From an uncultured Gammaproteobacteria bacterium (lineage in GTDB: Bacteria > Pseudomonadota > Gammaproteobacteria > JABCZS01), in contig CAWKDC010000001.1 of the NCBI GenBank assembly GCA_963848305.1, positions 832,001 through 896,000 on the forward strand: 64,000 nucleotides of DNA, written 5' to 3'. Of this stretch, positions 58,124 through 64,000 are shown piece by piece. Both the position numbers and the translations under genes were made by a program. The notes under the pieces are model-generated. The model had not been told where the DNA came from. It was given only the letters and a program-made list of their open reading frames with translations, and ran no database searches. Every line of letters starts with the position of its first letter. The stretch's first letter is position 1.

Positions 58124-59267
58124 GGCATACCTCCTCAATGGCTGTTAATAATGTATCGATGTCCGCTTGTGTGTGTAATGCAGTGAGTGTGAAACGCAAA
58201 CGGGGCTTGTCGATTGGCACAGTGGGATAGCGGATCACCGGTACCCAAATATATTTTGCTTTTAAAGCATCGCCCATTTTTTGTGCCGCCTCAATGCTAG
58301 GGCACATCAGTGATTGAATGGGAGAATCACTGGGATATAAATCTACTCCCATCGATTGCATTTTTTCACGAAAATAATGGATCATGGCACGTAAATGCGT
58401 GCGCGCTACATCGCTCTGTTGCACGCAATCTACCGCACACGTCACAGCTGATGCAATCATCGGTGAGATCGCGGTTGTGAATAAATAAGGCCTCGCTGAT
58501 TGCATGATCATATCAATATGATCGGCTCGCCCCGCCAACATCGCTCCAGACACCCCCAAGGCTTTACCGAATGTGCCCATCACCACGGGAACATCCTCTT
58601 GCGTTAAACCGTGTTCAGCCACGCAGCCCTGCCCTTGAGGTCCATACAAACCAAATGCATGCGCTTCATCGACCAACAATGTGGCGTGTGATTGATGGGC
58701 AATGTCTGACAAGCCGCGCAAATCCGCGGCGTCCCCTTCCATGCTAAATACCGATTCGGTGACAATGAAGCCTGTCCCATCATGAGGCAAACATTTTTTG
58801 GCAGCATCCACATTCAAATGTGCGTACCGTTTAAATCGTGCACCACTCATGCGCATGCCATCGATCAAAGAAGCATGATTGTGTTTATCTGCAGCAATAA
58901 AATCGCTGGGGTTCACCAGGGATGACAACATCGCAAGATTGGCTTGATAGCCACTCGAGAATAATAAAACTTTATCTCGCTGCAACCACGCTGATAAAGC
59001 ATGACACAACGCTTCATGTGCTGCTGTAAAACCAGACAATGTATTGGCTGCGCCTGATCCCAAACCGAATTGGCGCATGCCTGCAATGGCCGCTTCTATC
59101 AAACGGTGATCCGCTGACAAGCCCAAATAATCATTGCTGTTAAAATTTAAATAACGCTTGCCTTGATAATCGACAAAACGAGATTGTGACGATTCGCGCA
59201 CATGATGCGTACGCCACAACCCTGCTTCACGCAAAGCAGACAATGTCGTGCCATAGCGATCAGGCAC
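58107..59267 (-). CDS. bioF: 8-amino-7-oxononanoate synthase
   Basis: SNDYLGL; NHASLIDG; ESVFSMEGD; VDEAH; GTFGKALG. Confidence 0.95.
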   Translation of the reverse strand: MPDRYGTTLSALREAGLWRTHHVRESSQSRFVDYQGKRYLNFNSNDYLGLSADHRLIEAAIAGMRQFGLGSGAANTLSGFTAAHEALCHALSAWLQRDKVLLFSSGYQANLAMLSSLVNPSDFIAADKHNHASLIDGMRMSGARFKRYAHLNVDAAKKCLPHDGTGFIVTESVFSMEGDAADLRGLSDIAHQSHATLLVDEAHAFGLYGPQGQGCVAEHGLTQEDVPVVMGTFGKALGVSGAMLAGRADHIDMIMQSARPYLFTTAISPMIASAVTCAVDCVQQSDVARTHLRAMIHYFREKMQSMGVDLYPSDSPIQSLMCPSIEAAQKMGDALKAKYIWVPVIRYPTVPIDKPRLRFTLTALHTQADIDTLLTAIEEVCHGQSI

Positions 59268-60213
59268 AAGCCACCGGCGAGATGCCTAACGATGAAAACA
59301 ACGCTTGATCTTTCTCGACACCAGGCAAATCCGTCGTCAATAATTTTTCACCATAGTGAATGGAGTTCGCGCCTGCAAAAAAGCACAGTGCTTGCAATTC
59401 ATCACTCATGCTGTTACGACCGGCGCTCAGACGTACATACGCAGTCGGCATCATGATACGTGCCAATGCCACCATACGTGCAAATTCAATCGCACCAATT
59501 TGTTGTTGTTTGGCAAGTGGTGTGCCGGGAATAGGCACCAACATATTGATCGGCACACTTTCTGGGTAAGGATCAAGCTGAGACAATTCAATCAATAAAT
59601 TGAAACGATCTTCTAAAGATTCGCCCAAATTTAAAATGCCGCCACAACAGACTGATATACCGGCTTCCCGCACATTTTTGATCGTATCAAGACGATCATC
59701 ATATGCTCGCGTGGTGATCACTTCAGGATAATATTCGCGCGAGGTATCCAAATTATGGTTGTAATAATCAAGGCCGGCATCTTTCAAGGTTTTCGCTTGT
59801 TCGACAGACAACATCCCAGCGGTTAAACATGTTTCAAGCCCGCGCGCTTTGACTTCCTTGACCATCTCGATCAACGCAGGCATGGCATGATCGGGCGGGC
59901 TGCGCCAGGCGGCACCCATGCAAAAACGTGTGGCGCCTGTTGCTTTGGCTTTATCCGCGGCTTCGCAGATTTTTTGGCAAGACATGAGTTTTTCTTTTTC
60001 AAGTCCTGTTTTATAATGCCCGCTCTGAGAACAATATTTACAATCTTCAGGACACGCACCCGTTTTGATGCTTAAAATGGTGGAAATTTGTACTTGATTG
60101 GGCGGAAAATGTTCCCGATGAATGGTTTGTGCTTGCATCAGCAAATCATTGAATGGCTGATGGTATAATGCAGCGACTTCAGCCAATGTCCAGGTGTTAG
60201 GGTGTTGTGCCAT
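59260..60213 (-). CDS. bioB: Biotin synthase
   Basis: CPEDCKYC; YNHNLDT; SVPINML; VRLSAGR. Confidence 0.98.
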   Translation of the reverse strand: MAQHPNTWTLAEVAALYHQPFNDLLMQAQTIHREHFPPNQVQISTILSIKTGACPEDCKYCSQSGHYKTGLEKEKLMSCQKICEAADKAKATGATRFCMGAAWRSPPDHAMPALIEMVKEVKARGLETCLTAGMLSVEQAKTLKDAGLDYYNHNLDTSREYYPEVITTRAYDDRLDTIKNVREAGISVCCGGILNLGESLEDRFNLLIELSQLDPYPESVPINMLVPIPGTPLAKQQQIGAIEFARMVALARIMMPTAYVRLSAGRNSMSDELQALCFFAGANSIHYGEKLLTTDLPGVEKDQALFSSLGISPVACA

Positions 60214-60233
60214 GAGGGTTCTCCAAAAAACGT

Positions 60234-60262
60234 ATATTGACTATTTTAATGGTAAATGTCAA
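60234..60262 (-). promoter_or_regulatory. Candidate bioB promoter with a TTGAC-N16-GTCAA inverted repeat
   Basis: TTGACA-N17-CAATAT on the minus strand. Confidence 0.45.
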
Positions 60263-60266
60263 GAAA

Positions 60267-60930
60267 ATGAAAAGAATAAAACTATACAATTGCCTGATCT
60301 GCCTAGCCGCCTGCGAAACCTATTGCTGCCCTGCCTGCCTATCTGAGCTGCCATTTGTTCGGTTCCATTGCCTGGCCTGTCAGAGATCATCGAAGCTTCC
60401 TAACTCATATTGCGTGCCTTGTCGAGAAAAACCTTCATACATTCCCTTTACCGTACCTTTGTTATATGAACCGCCCATTTCCCACATCATTGGGGCGTTC
60501 AAACTTGGGCAACAAGAGCATTTGTGCGTTCCGTTGGCAAACCTATTCGCTGAGCAGTACCCGACTGACGCGCCCAAACCGGACCTTCTTGATCCCTGTC
60601 CCTTCTCACCCCAAGCGCATGTGGGAACGGGGATATAATCCTGCCTTGTTGATTGCACGTCGCATCGGCAAACTGCTGAATATCCCTGTCGATGACCGAG
60701 CAGTGAAACGATCCCGTCACACGCCGCCTCAACGCCTGCAAACCAAACGCGATCGTTCACATAATTTGAAGGAAGCTTTTCAGATGATCAAACCATTGCC
60801 AGCATTAAACATCGCATTGGTGGATGATGTCGTGACCACAGGAGAAACCTTGCGCGCATTGGCGCAAACAGTATCACCCCATGTAAAAAGTGTGGTATTT
60901 TGGGCCATTGCAGAAAAGGAATCACAATGA
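60267..60930 (+). CDS. comF: ComF family protein (zinc ribbons + PRTase); frame break near 60586
   Basis: Four CxxC motifs; IPVPSHPKR; ERGYNPA; LVDDVVTTGET. Confidence 0.88.
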
Positions 60931-62999
60931 ACAAATACTTTTTATCCGCATTGAACGTCTTGCCCAAAGTCGGCAGTCAAATTCAACAAAAATGTGCAAA
61001 ACTGGGGCTGCACACCCTTCAAGATTGTCTCTTTCACCTGCCGACTCGGTACCAGGATCGCACCCGCATTTATCCTATTCGGTCTTTGAGAGAGGGTGAT
61101 CAAGTCACTGTGGAAGGATATATTATCGCCAGCAATATTGCACTGGGGCGGCGCCGCATGTTGCGCGTGCATGTTCAAGATAAATCCGGCATCTTATTTC
61201 TGCGTTTTTTTCATTTTTATCCTCAGCAACAAGCCAAAATGGCGCCGGGCTTAAAAATCCGTTGTTTTGGCGAGGTGAGGCGTGTGGGCATGCAACTCGA
61301 AATGACACATCCTGAATATACACTCGGTGACGCCGAAAGCATGCCCGATGTTCAAACCAGCATGACGCCGCTATATCCCCTCACCGAAGGGATCACGCAA
61401 CCTACCATGCGCAAGCTGATCAAAACCGTATTAAATACGCTTGAACATCAACACTTACCAGATTTTCTGCCGAGTGATCTCGCTGCACAATTTGGTTTCC
61501 CCTCTTTGAAAGATGCGCTGTTATTTTGTCATGAACCCCCGCCTGATGCCTCGATTGAACAATTGGAAGCCCACACACATCCCGCGCAACGGCGTTTGGC
61601 GTTTGAGGAGTTGCTCGCACATCATTTAAGTTCAATGCTTTTTCGTGCTCGTGAACAATCTCAACCTGCTTACCCCTGCGGCAAGACTGCCCTGCGCGAT
61701 GCATTGCGCAACGGATTGCCCTATCAACTCACCCCGCCTCAAGCACACGTGGTCTCGGAAATTTCTGCTGATTTAAAAAACACAAAACCCATGATGCGTT
61801 TATTGCAAGGCGATGTCGGCAGCGGCAAGACCATTGTCGCGGCACTCAGCATGCTGCAAGCGGTTGAGAGTGGTTATCAAGCCGCTTTGATGGCGCCCAC
61901 AGAATTACTCGCTGAGCAACATCTTGAATCTTTTAAACAGTGGATGGCGCCTTTTGGCATAGAGATTGCATTTCTGTCGAGCAAACTCACGTCCAAAGCC
62001 AAAAAAGACACCTACGAAGCCATTCTATCTGGGCACGCACGCATAGTGATAGGCACGCATGCACTCGTCCAAGAATCGCTCGCGTTTCAACAACTCGGTT
62101 TGGTCGTGATCGATGAGCAACACCGATTCGGTGTGGATCAGCGTTTGGCCATCTCTAAAAAAAGCAAAGACGGCACTGTGCCCCATCAACTCATCATGAC
62201 TGCCACGCCCATTCCGCGCACACTCGCCATGACAGCTTACGCAGATCTCGATGTCTCTATCATCGATGCTTTGCCCGCGGGTCGGCAGCCCATCACTACT
62301 GTCGCCATTCCTCAAGCAAGGCGGCAAGAAGTGATCGCGCGTGTACATGAAGCTTGTCTCCAAGGCAAACAAGCCTACTGGGTGTGCACATTGATTGAAG
62401 AATCGGAAAATTTTAATGCACAAGATGCCATGGCACTTGAAGCTGCTTTGCAGCAAGCCTTGTCTGGCATCCGAGTGGGATTGATACATGGCAAAATGAA
62501 ACCGAATGAAAAAGAAACCGTGATGCAATCTTTCATCCACAACGAGATCCAATTATTGATCGCCACCACTGTGATTGAAGTCGGCGTGAACGTACCGAAT
62601 GCCAGTTTGATGATCATTGAAAACCCCGAGCGTTTGGGGTTGGCACAACTCCATCAATTGCGCGGGCGCGTGGGCCGTGGACATGAAAAATCCCATTGTG
62701 TCTTGTTACATGATGCTCCTTTATCGTTCATGGCCCGTGAGCGTTTAAAAACCATGCGCGAAACACAGGACGGATTTTTCATTGCGGAAAAAGATTTGCA
62801 ATTGCGTGGCCCGGGAGAATGGTTGGGCACGCGTCAAACAGGCAGTACTTTGTATAAAATTGCGGATTTGTCCCGTGATGGCGTCTTGTTGCCGCAAGTC
62901 AAAGCATGTGCGTCTCTTTTATTGGCACAATATCCCGAGCAAGCTCAAGCATTGATTGAACGCTGGCTCAAGCATCACATGGCCTATGGGATGGTGTGA
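60927..62999 (+). CDS. recG: ATP-dependent DNA helicase RecG
   Basis: LQGDVGSGKT; DEQHRFG; MTATPIPRTL; QLHQLRGRVGRG. Confidence 0.98.
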   Translation: MNKYFLSALNVLPKVGSQIQQKCAKLGLHTLQDCLFHLPTRYQDRTRIYPIRSLREGDQVTVEGYIIASNIALGRRRMLRVHVQDKSGILFLRFFHFYPQQQAKMAPGLKIRCFGEVRRVGMQLEMTHPEYTLGDAESMPDVQTSMTPLYPLTEGITQPTMRKLIKTVLNTLEHQHLPDFLPSDLAAQFGFPSLKDALLFCHEPPPDASIEQLEAHTHPAQRRLAFEELLAHHLSSMLFRAREQSQPAYPCGKTALRDALRNGLPYQLTPPQAHVVSEISADLKNTKPMMRLLQGDVGSGKTIVAALSMLQAVESGYQAALMAPTELLAEQHLESFKQWMAPFGIEIAFLSSKLTSKAKKDTYEAILSGHARIVIGTHALVQESLAFQQLGLVVIDEQHRFGVDQRLAISKKSKDGTVPHQLIMTATPIPRTLAMTAYADLDVSIIDALPAGRQPITTVAIPQARRQEVIARVHEACLQGKQAYWVCTLIEESENFNAQDAMALEAALQQALSGIRVGLIHGKMKPNEKETVMQSFIHNEIQLLIATTVIEVGVNVPNASLMIIENPERLGLAQLHQLRGRVGRGHEKSHCVLLHDAPLSFMARERLKTMRETQDGFFIAEKDLQLRGPGEWLGTRQTGSTLYKIADLSRDGVLLPQVKACASLLLAQYPEQAQALIERWLKHHMAYGMV

Positions 63000-63055
63000 T
63001 TTTTTCGCTAAAGTAGCGTATGCTTATCTCAATAAACTTGCACGAGACATTTGTC

Positions 63056-64000
63056 ATGGAAAAATTACCCCTCTTTAGAATCATCTTCATCATCATTGGC
63101 ATTGGGTTGATCGGATTTGGATGTCTGCTCATTGTGCACCCATTTCTCCCGGCCATGTTACTGGCCGTTATTTTTTGCCTGGCCACCTGGCCCGCATTCA
63201 GTATCATCGAAAAAAAAGTCGGTGGCCGCAGTTGGCTAGCAGCCCTCATCATGACTACCCTGTTGTTCCTCGGTTTTCTGCTTCCCCTGGTTTTCTTGGG
63301 GTCTAGCCTAGCGGACAGTGTCATGCAATTTGTTAAATTCGTTGTAGATGCCTTTAGGGAAGGGCACGGCCAAGTACCTGATTGGGTCTCGCGTTTACCC
63401 CTTTGGACACAACAATATGTCAAGGATTTTTGGGCGAACTATCTGAAAAGTGGGCAGCAAATGGTGGAAGGCTTAACCAAGCATGCTGGGCCTTGTCGCA
63501 ATATGCCATTTATGTTGGCAGTAAAATTGGTCACGGGTTTGTGGATTTGTCATTAGGGCTTTTCATTTCATTCTTTTTCTTCAGCTATGGCGCACAAACT
63601 GTTCAACGCATTGGTATCTTGATGGAGCGGATCATCGGCCAACGGGGCTTGTATCTCTTGCAAATCACCAAAGATACATTGATCAGCGTGATATACGGTG
63701 TCCTCGGCACTGCATTAGCGCAAGGCGCTGTTGCTGGCATTGGCTTTTGGATCGCCAATGTGCCTGGTGCGACCTTTCTGGGATTTGTGACAATCCTCAT
63801 GTCACTCATTCCTGGCGGGCCACCCATTATCTGGATCCCCGTCACTATTTGGCTTTTTCTGGAAGGTCATCTTGGCATGGGGATTTTCATGTCAATTTGG
63901 GGACTCTTTGCCATCAGTGGCGTTGACAACATATTACGACCCTATTTCATCAGCCTGGGAAGTGATTTGCCCCTTTTATTGGTCTTGCTGGGCGTCTTGG
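63056..64000 (+). CDS. AI-2E family transporter; partial, frame break near 63491
   Basis: HPFLPAMLLAVIFCLATWP. The shifted frame continues YGVLGTALAQG...IPGGPPIIWIP...VDNILRPYFI. Confidence 0.85.

Noticed and set aside
60234-60289. BirA operator upstream of bioB
   Set aside because: The TTGAC-N16-GTCAA repeat is inverted relative to the TGTAAAC-N16-GTTTACA consensus, and the alternative match is too degenerate.

Overview
Chromosomal window from a gammaproteobacterium. Gene content (dac-dat-lipB-lipA, comF/bioBFCD, Cys-rich beta-propeller proteins) suggests a Legionellales/Coxiellales-like lineage; this is inference. Positions 3.6-34 kb hold the contiguous translation/transcription supercluster on the minus strand: tRNA-Tyr/Gly/Thr, tuf, tRNA-Trp, secE-nusG, rplKAJL, rpoBC, the str, S10, spc and alpha operons. 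The second tuf copy and rpmD are missing from their usual positions, and GTAG-type REP palindromes sit in several intergenic spacers. Left flank: an orphan VgrG-like spike, probably fused to a hydrophobic toxin-like domain, followed by a candidate immunity gene. Right flank: a vapBC-type TA pair, dac-dat-lipB-lipA, and a kdpFABCD operon whose KdpD lacks the phospho-His and has no adjacent kdpE. Further right are orn, three paralogous secreted Cys-rich Ig+beta-propeller genes with an outer-membrane barrel, lemA-htpX, two tandem paralogous membrane proteins, bioBFCD, comF, recG and an AI-2E transporter. About 16 frame breaks (including secY, rpoB, rplA, rplD, rplN, rplV) are 1-2 nt indels. About 13 of them lie at or beside GGNCC or a GGNCC-derived sequence, which points to base-calling errors at a methylated motif rather than pseudogenes.
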